From contig CAVPPB010000002.1 in the NCBI GenBank assembly GCA_963707215.1, positions 384,001 to 448,000 of the forward strand: 64,000 bases of DNA. Direction: 5' to 3'. This stretch comes from an uncultured Chloroflexia bacterium (GTDB lineage: Bacteria; Chloroflexota; Limnocylindria; Limnocylindrales; CSP1-4). Each line of letters opens with the position of its first letter. Positions within the stretch are counted from its first letter, which is position 1. The notes below the pieces were generated by a model. It saw only the letters and a program-made list of their open reading frames with translations. It was not told where the DNA came from and ran no database searches. The position numbers and the translations under genes are program-made. Positions 49,171 to 61,191 of this stretch are shown here, one piece after another.

Positions 49171-49245
49171 ATGGACACGCTGAACATCCCCCTCGAGGAT
49201 CGGGTGCCGGCCGTTGGTCCGATGGCCGGTCATCGGTGGAGCTGA
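49171..49245 (+). CDS. 24-aa micro-protein MDTLNIPLEDRVPAVGPMAGHRWS
   Basis: RBS AAGGGAG 6 nt before ATG; C-terminus AGHRWS mirrors AGMRWW of the upstream peptide; absent from the ORF track. Confidence 0.55.
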   Translation: MDTLNIPLEDRVPAVGPMAGHRWS

Positions 49246-49278
49246 TCGCGACGACCGGTCGCGGCGGCCCGCATCGAG

Positions 49279-49307
49279 CGACCGCCGGGCGTCATGCCCG
49301 GCGGTCG
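49279..49307 (+). terminator. Hairpin closing the riboswitch-peptide transcript
   Basis: CGACCGCCGGGC-gtcat-GCCCGGCGGTCG (12-bp perfect stem, no U-tract). Confidence 0.55.
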
Positions 49308-49430
49308 AGCGATTCAGGGGCTGGGACCGGTCCGTACCTTCGGGCCAGTCTCCCGGGGCTCGCTGCGGGCTAGTCTCGAGCCCTCCGGGGCGGTCCGGAC
49401 GACCTGCCCCGAGCCTGCCGTACCAAGGGA

Positions 49431-52001
49431 GTGCCTGTGACCCCGAACCGGGTCATCCGAGCGCGCGCGATCGGGCTGTCCGTCGTCCTGGCTCGCCGCC
49501 CCAGGCTCGAGCCGTCGCAACGCGTCTGGCTGCTGACCATCGGCCTGGCCGTAGCGGCGACGCTCGTGCTCGCGCTGTCCGGCGGCTTCCTGTCCGGACG
49601 GGCGACGTCGGCGATCCCCTGGCCGCTCATCGCCCTGGGGATGTACCTGGCCGAGGTCAAGGTCGTCGTCGTCCACTTCCGTCGCGAGAGCCACTCCTTC
49701 TCGCTGAGCGAGATCCCGGCCGTCATCGGACTCTTCCTCCTGAGCCCCATGGACTACGTGCTGGCGGCGACGATCGGACCGACCCTGGCCTTCGTCTACC
49801 CGGCCCGTCAGCCCTTCATCAAGGCGGCCTTCAACGCCGTCAACTACCTTCTCATCGCCTCGGTCTCGCTGGTCACCTTCCAGATCCTGGCGCCCGGCGG
49901 CGTCGTCGGCCAGCCGGGCGCCCAGGCCTGGCTGGCGGCCTTCGTGGCGATGCTCGTCTCCACGGTCATCAGCAGCCTGACCATCGCCTCGGTCATCACC
50001 CTGTCGGGCGGGGCGCCGCAGTTCCAGAAGATGCCGGAGATGCTCCAGTTCGGCGGTCTCGTGGCGCTCGCCAACACCAGCATCGGTCTCCTTGCCCTCG
50101 CGGTCGTCAGCGTCGACCCGGCCGGCATCTGGCTCCTGATCGTGCCCATCGCCGCGGTCTTCCTTGCCTACCGGGCCTACGTCTCGGAGCGTGAGAAGAA
50201 GGAACGCCTGGAGCTGCTCTACCAGTCGAGCCGCATCCTCCAGCACACGCCCGAGCTCGACGCGGCGCTGATCGCCTTGCTCGACCACGCCCGCGACATG
50301 TTCCGGTCCGAGCGGGTCGACTGCCGTCTCGTGCCGGCGGCCGGGGGGCCCGTCCTGCTGACCCGCTCGCTGCTCGATGTCGAGCCGATCGTCATGGAGG
50401 CCCAGCCCGAGGGTCCGGACGACGAGCTCTCGGCCGTGCTCCAGCAGCGGAGCGACGCCTTCATCTACCGGCCGGAGGCACCGGGCTCCGGGATCCGCCA
50501 GGCGATGGTCGCTCCGCTGGCCGGCGAGGACCGGCCGATCGGCCACCTCATCGTCGCCAACCGGCTGGGGGAGGCCTCCTCCTACGGGGTCGACGACCTT
50601 CGCCTCCTCGAGACGCTCGCCGGGCAGGTGGCCGTCGCCCTCCAGAACGGCCAGCTGGAGCAGTCACTCACGGAGCTGTCCCGGCTGAAGGACGAGCTCC
50701 GTCACCAGGCCTATCACGACTCCCTGACAAGGCTGGGCAACCGGGTCCTCTTCGCCGAGGCCGTCGAACAGAGTCTGGCCGTGGCCTCGGACCTGGAGAC
50801 CGTCGTCCTGTTCCTGGACCTCGACGACTTCAAGATGGTCAACGACACGATGGGTCATGCCGTCGGGGACCGGCTCCTGGGCGTCGTCGCCGAGCGCATC
50901 TCCCGGAGCGTCCGCGAGACCGATGTGGCGGCCCGCCTGGGTGGCGACGAGTTCGCGGTCCTGGTCCACGACCAGCCCGATCTCCGGGTCGCACTGGCCC
51001 TGGCCGGTCGGCTCCGCGAGGAGCTCCATCGTCCCGTCCGCCTGGGTGGCAGCGAGACGGTGGTCGACGTCAGCATCGGGATCGCCGCCGCCTCGAAGGG
51101 CGTCGGCGCCGACGAGCTGCTCCGCAACGCGGACATCGCGATGTACAAGGCCAAGACCGATGGCAAGGGCCGGGTGGCGCTCTTCGACCCGACGATCCAT
51201 GCCGCCATCGTCGCCCGCCATGCCCTCGGGACGGACCTGACCCGGGGGCTCCTGCAGAACCAGTTCGAGCTCTACTACCAGCCGATCGTCGTGCTCGGGA
51301 CGGGATCGATCTCGGGCTACGAGGCGCTGCTGCGCTGGCATCACCCGCAGCGCGGTCTGATCACCCCCGACGACTTCATCCGGGTGGCCGAGGAGACGGG
51401 CTCCATCGTCGACATCGGGGCCTGGGTCCTCCGGGAGGCCTGTGGGCAGGCCACGGCCTGGTCGGCCCTGCCCGGCATGGACGATCGGCTCTCGATCAGC
51501 GTCAACGTCTCGCCGCGCCAGCTCCAGGACCCGGAGTTCGTGGACCTTGTCCTGGGAGTGCTCCGCGAGACCAGCCTTCCGCCCGAGCGGCTCGTCCTCG
51601 AAGTGACCGAGACGGCGATGTTCCAGGACCCGGTCACCGTCGGCGCGAAGCTCGAGGCGCTCCGCGAGGTGGGTGTGCGGGTCGCCCTGGACGACTTCGG
51701 CACCGGCTATGCATCGCTCAGCCATCTCCGCCGGTTCCCGGTCGACATCCTCAAGATCGCCCGCGACTTCGTCGTCGACGCCGACGCCGAAGACGACGCC
51801 TGGGCCTTCGCGGCGGCGATCGTCGCACTGGCCCGGACCCTCCAGCTCCAGGTCGTGGCGGAGGGCATCGAGCAGTCGCGCCAGGTCGAGCGGCTGCGCG
51901 GCCTCGGGTGCCAGCTGGGCCAGGGCTACTTCCTCGCCCGCCCCGCTCCGGCGGCGGTCATCGATGCTTCCATCGGCGCCGTCGGCTCGGCGACGGCCTG
52001 A
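49431..52001 (+). CDS. Membrane (~7 TM) sensor - GAF - GGDEF - EAL diguanylate cyclase/phosphodiesterase
   Basis: Hydrophobic N-terminal ~245 aa; GAF-like segment; HDSLTRLGNR, RETD I-site, RLGGDEF, EALLRW, DDFGTGY, AEGIE. Confidence 0.93.
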   Translation: MPVTPNRVIRARAIGLSVVLARRPRLEPSQRVWLLTIGLAVAATLVLALSGGFLSGRATSAIPWPLIALGMYLAEVKVVVVHFRRESHSFSLSEIPAVIGLFLLSPMDYVLAATIGPTLAFVYPARQPFIKAAFNAVNYLLIASVSLVTFQILAPGGVVGQPGAQAWLAAFVAMLVSTVISSLTIASVITLSGGAPQFQKMPEMLQFGGLVALANTSIGLLALAVVSVDPAGIWLLIVPIAAVFLAYRAYVSEREKKERLELLYQSSRILQHTPELDAALIALLDHARDMFRSERVDCRLVPAAGGPVLLTRSLLDVEPIVMEAQPEGPDDELSAVLQQRSDAFIYRPEAPGSGIRQAMVAPLAGEDRPIGHLIVANRLGEASSYGVDDLRLLETLAGQVAVALQNGQLEQSLTELSRLKDELRHQAYHDSLTRLGNRVLFAEAVEQSLAVASDLETVVLFLDLDDFKMVNDTMGHAVGDRLLGVVAERISRSVRETDVAARLGGDEFAVLVHDQPDLRVALALAGRLREELHRPVRLGGSETVVDVSIGIAAASKGVGADELLRNADIAMYKAKTDGKGRVALFDPTIHAAIVARHALGTDLTRGLLQNQFELYYQPIVVLGTGSISGYEALLRWHHPQRGLITPDDFIRVAEETGSIVDIGAWVLREACGQATAWSALPGMDDRLSISVNVSPRQLQDPEFVDLVLGVLRETSLPPERLVLEVTETAMFQDPVTVGAKLEALREVGVRVALDDFGTGYASLSHLRRFPVDILKIARDFVVDADAEDDAWAFAAAIVALARTLQLQVVAEGIEQSRQVERLRGLGCQLGQGYFLARPAPAAVIDASIGAVGSATA

Positions 52002-52016
52002 GCCGGGAGGTCCGAT

Positions 52017-52047
52017 TTGACGCTCACCCGCGTTCCCCTGCTAGACT
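52017..52047 (+). promoter_or_regulatory. Candidate promoter of the ilv-leu operon
   Basis: TTGACG (52017) and extended -10 TGcTAGACT (52039-52047); the 19-nt spacer is long. Confidence 0.45.
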
Positions 52048-52171
52048 GCGCAGACCACCGCGGGGAGACCGCGGAGGCCGCGCTACGGAGACCAGGGGCT
52101 TGGGTCACTTCTCGGACCGGGATCGCCGCCATGTCGCCATCGTCGTGACCAGCGACGGCCGGCGCGTGCCG

Positions 52172-52300
52172 ATGCCCACCGACTCAGGCCTGATCGACCT
52201 CCCCATCGTCGGCTCGCTCCTTCTCGGGCTCGAGAGCCTTCTCGGGCTCATCACCGGCTCCCGGCGGGAGAACGGAGGGACGCGGAAGACGGGCCGCTAG
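52172..52300 (+). CDS. ilv-leu attenuator leader peptide (MPTDSGLIDLPIVGSLLLGLESLLGLITGSRR...)
   Basis: Dense Leu/Ile/Val codons; stop just before the terminator. May start further upstream (TTG 52100 or GTG 52145). Confidence 0.65.
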   Translation: MPTDSGLIDLPIVGSLLLGLESLLGLITGSRRENGGTRKTGR

Positions 52301-52326
52301 CGCGGACGGAGACCGAAGACCGAAGG

Positions 52327-52354
52327 GACCCTCGCCGGGAGGCGAGGGTCTTTT
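52327..52354 (+). terminator. Attenuator terminator upstream of ilvB
   Basis: GACCCTCGCC-ggga-GGCGAGGGTC-TTTT. Confidence 0.85.
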
Positions 52355-52442
52355 GCATGCCGGGAGACGGCGCCGAACGGCTCGGCGGGTCGACCGGGAC
52401 GGGGCGGGGCCCCGGAGCGGATCGAGAGGGCGGGTGATCACG

Positions 52443-54326
52443 ATGACGAAGGGCGAAGGAGCGGCAAGTCCGGCGCCGCCGGATGCCCCGTCGACGGCGA
52501 CCGGCGGCGAGCGCCGCAGCCACGTCCCAGCGGCCGGGACGGCCCATGCGGCGGCGGTCGAGAAGGCCCAGCGCGACATGCTCCACGAGGCTGCTCCCCG
52601 GAAACGGACCCGGATCGGCGCGGACGTCGTCTGCGAGGCCCTGATCGGCCAGGGCGTCGACGTCTTCTTCAGCTACCCGGGCGGCGTCATCCTGCCCCTC
52701 TACGACGTCCTCGGCGACTACCCGGAACTCCGCCACGTCCTCGTCCGTCACGAGCAGGGCGGCGCCCACGCCGCCGACGGCTACGCCCGGGCCACCGGCA
52801 GGGTCGGCGTCTGCATGGGCACATCGGGCCCCGGCGCCACCAACCTGGTCACCGGCCTGGCCACGGCGATGCTCGACTCGGTGCCGATGGTCGCCATCAC
52901 CGGCAACGTGCCGGGGGCCCTCATCGGCAAGGACGCCTTCCAGGAGATCGACATCACCGGCATCACCCTGCCGATGACGAAGCACAACTACCTGGTCCGC
53001 GACGCGGAGGACCTGCCGCGCGTCCTCGCCGAGGCCTTCCACATCGCCCGCACCGGCCGACCCGGCCCGGTCCACGTCGACATCACCAAGGACGCCCTCC
53101 AGCAGGAGACGGCGGCTCCGCACCCGACGATCGAGGAGGTCAAGGCGGGCCTGCCCGGCTTCCGGCCGACCTTCGACGGCCATCCCCGCCAGATCAAGGT
53201 GGCGGCCCGGGAGGTCGCCTCGGCCCGCCGGCCGGTCATCCTGGCCGGTCACGGCATCCTGATCGCCGGGGCCGAGGCCGAGCTCCTCGAGCTGGCCGAG
53301 AAGGCCCGCATCCCGATCACCTGGACCCTCCTGGGGATCGGCGCCGTGGACGAGACCCACCCGCTCGCCTACGGCTACATGGGCATGCACGGCTGGAAGC
53401 ACGTCAACCGCGCCATCCAGTCGGCCGACCTGCTCATCGCCCTGGGGATGCGCTTCGACGACCGGGTGACCGGCAACGTCAAGACGTACGCCCCGCACGC
53501 CAGGATCATCCATGTCGATCTCGACCCCTCCGAGATCGGCAAGAACGTGGCCGTCGAGGTCCCCATCGTCGGCGACGTCAAGCGCGTCCTGAAGGCCATG
53601 ATCCCGATGATCGACGAGGTCGATCCCGCCGAGCGCGAGGCCTACCTGGCCGAGCTGGCCGAGTGGCGTGAGGAGTCCGAGGGCACCAGCTGGCACGGCT
53701 CGGGCGCCTGGCGCGACGGCTACCTCTCGGCCGACTACGTGATCGAGCGACTCGGTGAGCTGACCGACCATGACGCGACGTACGTCGCCGACGTCGGCCA
53801 GCACCAGATGTGGCTGGCTCGCTACTGCGGCTTCCGGCGGCCCGGCTCGCACCTCTCGTCGGGCGGCCTCGGGACGATGGGCTACAGCATGCCGGCGGCG
53901 ATGGGCGCAGCCCTGGGCCGACCGGACAAGGAGACCTGGGCCATCTGTGGCGACGGGGGCTTCCAGATGACCCTCCAGGAGCTGGCCACCCTGGTCCAGG
54001 ACGACATCCCGGTGAAGATCGCCCTGATGGACAACAAGAAGCTCGGGATGATCCGCCAGTGGCAGGAGATCGTCTACGCGGGCAACTATCACTCGTCGAA
54101 CATGCTGGGGCCCGACTACCTCAAGCTGGCCGACGCCTACGGCATCCCGGGCTTCAAGGCCTCGACGCCCGAGGAGGTCGACCCGGCCATCCGGGCCGCC
54201 CAGGCGGCCGACGGCCCGGCGCTCGTCTGGTTCGAGACCGCCGAGTCGCAGAACGTCTACCCGATGATGCCGGCCGGCAAGGGCCTCTCCGACCTCATCG
54301 AGAAGTGGAACGAGCCCGAGGAATGA
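52443..54326 (+). CDS. ilvB: Acetolactate synthase large subunit
   Basis: YPGG, RHEQG, TSGPGATN, DAFQE, GMHG, RFDDRVTG, DVGQHQMW, GDGGFQM. Confidence 0.96.
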   Translation: MTKGEGAASPAPPDAPSTATGGERRSHVPAAGTAHAAAVEKAQRDMLHEAAPRKRTRIGADVVCEALIGQGVDVFFSYPGGVILPLYDVLGDYPELRHVLVRHEQGGAHAADGYARATGRVGVCMGTSGPGATNLVTGLATAMLDSVPMVAITGNVPGALIGKDAFQEIDITGITLPMTKHNYLVRDAEDLPRVLAEAFHIARTGRPGPVHVDITKDALQQETAAPHPTIEEVKAGLPGFRPTFDGHPRQIKVAAREVASARRPVILAGHGILIAGAEAELLELAEKARIPITWTLLGIGAVDETHPLAYGYMGMHGWKHVNRAIQSADLLIALGMRFDDRVTGNVKTYAPHARIIHVDLDPSEIGKNVAVEVPIVGDVKRVLKAMIPMIDEVDPAEREAYLAELAEWREESEGTSWHGSGAWRDGYLSADYVIERLGELTDHDATYVADVGQHQMWLARYCGFRRPGSHLSSGGLGTMGYSMPAAMGAALGRPDKETWAICGDGGFQMTLQELATLVQDDIPVKIALMDNKKLGMIRQWQEIVYAGNYHSSNMLGPDYLKLADAYGIPGFKASTPEEVDPAIRAAQAADGPALVWFETAESQNVYPMMPAGKGLSDLIEKWNEPEE

Positions 54327-54942
54327 GCGGACGATCCGGCGGCGATCCCGCCACCACCGCATCCGGCCCGACCGCCGCGCCGACCCCGGCGCCGGCCCAC
54401 AGCGCGCCGCCCTCGCGGGCCGTCCCCGGCACGGGCGAGCACCACCGCCACGTCCTGGTGACCGTGGTCATGAACCGGCCCGGCGTCCTGAACCGCGTCG
54501 CCTCGCTGATGCGGGCCCGCAACTTCAACATCGAGTCGCTGGCGGTGAACCACACCGATGATCCCGAGATCAGCCGGATGACGATCACCCTCTACGGCGA
54601 CGACGTGGCCGTAGAGCAGGCGACCAAGCAGCTCTACCGGCTCATCGACGTGCTCAAGGTCCAGGACGTCACCAGCGACCCGACCGTCGAGCACGAGCTG
54701 GCGCTCGTCAAGGTCCGGGCCACCGACCGGGCCCGGGCCGAGGTCCTCAAGGTCGTCGAGCTCTCGAAGGGCCGGGTCGTGGACCTCTCGCCGGACTCGG
54801 TCATCGTCGAGGTGACCGGAACGGAAGCCGAGGTGGACGCGGCCATCGCGCTCCTCCGCGGCTTCGGCATCAAGGAGCTCATCCGGACCGGGACCGTGGT
54901 CATGTCGCGGGGCTCGGGATCCATCGAGGAGGCGATCAAGCG

Positions 54943-54946
<4 letters not shown>
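54323..54946 (+). CDS. ilvN: Acetolactate synthase small (regulatory) subunit
   Basis: [32 protein letters not shown]; ATGA overlap. Confidence 0.94.
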
Positions 54947-55991
<1,045 letters not shown>

Positions 55992-55992
<1 letters not shown>

Positions 55993-57629
55993 TGCCGACG
56001 CCCACTCCCCGTCCGGCCGGGCCGTTCGTGGCCCCCGGCAGCGTCCGCATCTTCGACACGACCCTCCGCGACGGCGAGCAGGCACCGGGCGCCGGCCTGA
56101 CCGCGGCCGAGAAGCTGGAGGTCGCCCGCCAGCTCATGCGCCTCAAGGTCGACGTCATCGAGGCCGGCTTCCCGGCCGCCTCGCCGGGCGATTTCGAGGC
56201 GGTCCGGCGGATCGCCCAGGAGGCCAGGGACGTCGCGGTCGCCGCCCTGGCCCGCTGCCGTGACGGCGACCCACAGCGAGCCATCGACGCCATCAAGGTC
56301 ACCGAGCGGCCGCACCTCCACGTCTTCATCGCGACCTCGGACATCCACCTGAAGCACAAGCTCCGGCTCTCCCGCGACGAGGCCCTGGCCGAGGCGGTCC
56401 GCTGGGTCCGCCACGGTCGCGAGCAGCTCGGCCGTGACGCCGAGATCGAGTTCAGCGCCGAGGATGCCTCGCGGACCGACGTCGAGTACCTCATGCAGGT
56501 CTACGAGGCAGTCGTGGACGCCGGCGCGTCGACGGTCAACATCCCCGACACGGTCGGCTACGCGATCCCCGAGGAGTTCGGCCAGCTCGTCGGCCGGGTC
56601 GTCGACCTGGTCGGTCGCGACGCTACCGTCAGCGTCCACTGCCACAACGACCTCGGATTGGCCACGGCCAACACGCTGGCCGCCGTCCAGGCCGGCGCCC
56701 GCCAGGTGGAGGTCACCATCAACGGTCTCGGCGAGCGGGCCGGCAACGCGTCGCTCGAGGAGGTCGTCATGGCCCTCCGGACGCGGCCCACCCAGTTCCC
56801 CGATCTGGGCAGTCGGGTCCAGACCGAGCAGATCACGGCGGCCAGCCGGCTGGTGAGCTACCTGACCGGCTTCAACATCCAGCCCAACAAGGCGATCGTC
56901 GGCGGCAACGCCTTCGCCCACGAATCCGGGATCCACCAGGACGGGGTCATCAAGAACCCGCTGACCTACGAGATCATGACCCCCCAGTCGGTCGGCCTGA
57001 CCGGCAGCCAGCTCACGATCGGCAAGCTGTCGGGTCGAAAGGGGCTCCAGGCCAAGCTCAAGGCCCTCGGCTACGACATGGACGGCGACCGGCTCGATGC
57101 GCTCTATCGCTCGGCGATCGAGCTGGCCGACCGCAAGAAGGAGGTCACCGAGGCCGACCTGCTCGCGCTCGTCGAGCAGCAGTCCTCGGACGTCCCGGCG
57201 TCGGCCGAGCTGCTCGGCTGGAGCGTCACCAGCTCCAAGGGCGGCAAGGCCACCGGCTCGGTCTCGCTGCTCGTCAGCGGCGAGGAACGGTCGGCGGAGG
57301 CGATCGGCAACGGCCCGGTCAACGCGCTCTACCGCTCGGTCGACGAGGCCGTCGACCCGGTCTTCGGCTGGCATCCGACGCTGACCGAGTACGAGATCAA
57401 GGCCGTCTCTGCCGGCGAGGACGCCCAGGGACAGGTGGTCATCCACTGCCGTCGCTCGACCGACGACGGGCCAGGGGCGCTCGTCGTCACCGGCCAGGGC
57501 CTCTCGACGGACATCATCGAGGCCTCGCTCGACGCCTACCTCGTGGCCGTCAACAAGCTCCGCGGGGCGGAGATCGAGCCGGTCGCCGGGGCCTTCGCCG
57601 CCCAGCGCTCCGCCGAGGGGCTGCCGTGA
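55992..57629 (+). CDS. leuA: 2-isopropylmalate synthase
   Basis: DTTLRDGEQ, HCHNDLGLA, GERAGN, HESGIHQDG; C-terminal regulatory domain GNGPVNA. Confidence 0.95.
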
Positions 57630-58828
57630 GCGACACCGAGGCCGATCTCGCCCGAGGCGCGGCCGGCGCTCCGGCCGAGGCGGCCCCGACCTATCGCATC
57701 GCCACGATCCCGGGCGACGGGGTCGGGCCGGACGTGGTGGCGGCCGCCCGCGCCGTCGTCGACTCGGTGGCGGCCGCCGACGGGTTCGTCGTCGCCTGGT
57801 CGGAACACCTCGTCGGCGGCATCGCCATCGACACCTTCGGGGTGCCGATCCGCGACGAGGACCTGGCCGCCTGCGGAGCCTCCGACGCCATCCTCCTGGG
57901 CGCGGTTGGCGGGCCCCGGTGGGACGACCCGAACGCCAGCGTCCGCCCGGAGCAGGCCCTCTTCGCCCTCCGCGGCGGGTTCGAGCTCTACGCGAACCTG
58001 CGCCCGGTCGCCGTCCACCCGGCCCTTGTCCCCGCGTCGCCGCTCCGCCCGGAGCGCCTCCAGGGCGTCGACGTCCTCATCGTCCGCGAGCTGACCGGGG
58101 GGCTCTACTTCGGGCGCCCGAGCGAGGAGCGAGCGACGCCCCAGGGCCGCGTCGCCGTCGACACGCTCTGGTACAGCGAGGGCGAGATCCGGCGGGTCAT
58201 CCGGCTCGCCTTCGAGCTGGCCCGGGGCCGACGCGGCCGGGTGACCCAGGTCGACAAGGCCAACGTCCTCGCCTCGTCGCGACTCTGGCGCAAGGTCGCC
58301 GAGGAGACCCGGGCCGACTTCCCGGACGTCGAGCTGGAGCACCGCCTGGTGGACGCCGCGGCGATGCTCCTGGTGACTCGGCCGGCAGCCTTCGACGTCC
58401 TCGTCACCGAGAACCTCTTCGGCGACATCCTGTCCGACGAGGCCAGCGTCCTGGCCGGCTCGCTGGGGATGCTGCCGTCCGCCTCGCTGGGGACGCGCGA
58501 GACCGCCCACGGTCGCTTCGGCCTCTACGAACCCATCCACGGGTCGGCGCCGGACATCGCGGGCCGCGACCTGGCAAACCCGATCGGGACCGTCCTGTCA
58601 GCCGCCATGCTCCTGCGCTGGTCGCTCGGCCGGGAGGCTGCCGCGGCCGCCGTCGAAGCCGCCGTGGGGCAGGCCCTCGACGACGGCTTCCGGACCCGTG
58701 ACCTGCTCATCCCGGGTCGCGAGGACGCGGCCGAGGCCGACGGGCTCCGACTCGTCGGGACGACGGACATGACCCGGGCGATCGTCGACCGCATCGCGAT
58801 CCCCCGGCCGGTGCCGGGCGACCGGTGA
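57626..58828 (+). CDS. leuB: 3-isopropylmalate dehydrogenase
   Basis: PGDGVGP, ANLRP, RELTGGLYFG, DKANVL, NLFGDILSDEA, EPIHGSAPDIAG. Confidence 0.96.
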   Translation: MSDTEADLARGAAGAPAEAAPTYRIATIPGDGVGPDVVAAARAVVDSVAAADGFVVAWSEHLVGGIAIDTFGVPIRDEDLAACGASDAILLGAVGGPRWDDPNASVRPEQALFALRGGFELYANLRPVAVHPALVPASPLRPERLQGVDVLIVRELTGGLYFGRPSEERATPQGRVAVDTLWYSEGEIRRVIRLAFELARGRRGRVTQVDKANVLASSRLWRKVAEETRADFPDVELEHRLVDAAAMLLVTRPAAFDVLVTENLFGDILSDEASVLAGSLGMLPSASLGTRETAHGRFGLYEPIHGSAPDIAGRDLANPIGTVLSAAMLLRWSLGREAAAAAVEAAVGQALDDGFRTRDLLIPGREDAAEADGLRLVGTTDMTRAIVDRIAIPRPVPGDR

Positions 58829-58880
58829 CCGGCCGAGCCACGATGCGACCATCCGACGATCCGTGGGAGCCGACCCCGCC

Positions 58881-60607
<1,727 letters not shown>

Positions 60608-60611
<4 letters not shown>

Positions 60612-61156
60612 CCGTGGACACGACGACCGGCAGCGCGACCCCCGGGGCGGCCCTGCGGCTGGTCCGCTGGACCGTCACCTCGGGCAGCAGCACGCAGAGC
60701 CGTGGCGCGGTCGTGCTCCGTGCCGCCGAGCATCGATGGGAGGCGGCTGCCGAGGGCAACGGCCCGATCGACGCCCTCTTCAACGCCGTCGACCGGGCGA
60801 TCGCCGACATCCTGGCCGGCCATCCGAGGCTGCTCGCCTACGACATCCACGCCCTGGCCGAGGGGCCCGACGCCGAGGGCGAGGTGCGGGTCGAGATCGG
60901 CCCTCCGGCCGAGGCCGCCGGGGAGCGCGCGGCCGGCACGTTCACCGGTGTCGCCCGGAGCACGAACATCGTGGCCGCCTCGATCGAGGCCTACATCCAG
61001 GCCCTCGAGGCGCTGCTGGGCCAGGCGCCCTGGGCGGGAGCCGCCGAGGCGGCCGCGGACCGGCGGGGCCGGCCCAGCCCGGACCGCGGCGCCGAGCGGA
61101 CCGAGCTCGACGAGAACGCGGGCGGGATCGACACGACGGACTGGTTCAACCGCTGA
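60608..61156 (+). CDS. Stand-alone LeuA allosteric (dimerisation) domain protein
   Basis: RBS GGAGG, GTG overlapping the cimA stop (alternative GTG 60614); WTVTS..GNGPIDALFNAVD..YDI..G.DA.GEV..STNIV.AS..AY. Confidence 0.78.
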
Positions 61157-61191
61157 CCGGACCAGCGCTGACGACCGCTAGACTCGAGACG

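Noticed and set aside
49049-49245. AgrD thiolactone or classical RiPP precursor
   Set aside because: No ring Cys in either peptide, and no AgrB, radical SAM, YcaO or lanthipeptide enzyme nearby.
52020-52354. T-box riboswitch upstream of ilvB
   Set aside because: No T-box UGGNACC antiterminator bulge recognised; a leader peptide plus terminator explains the region.
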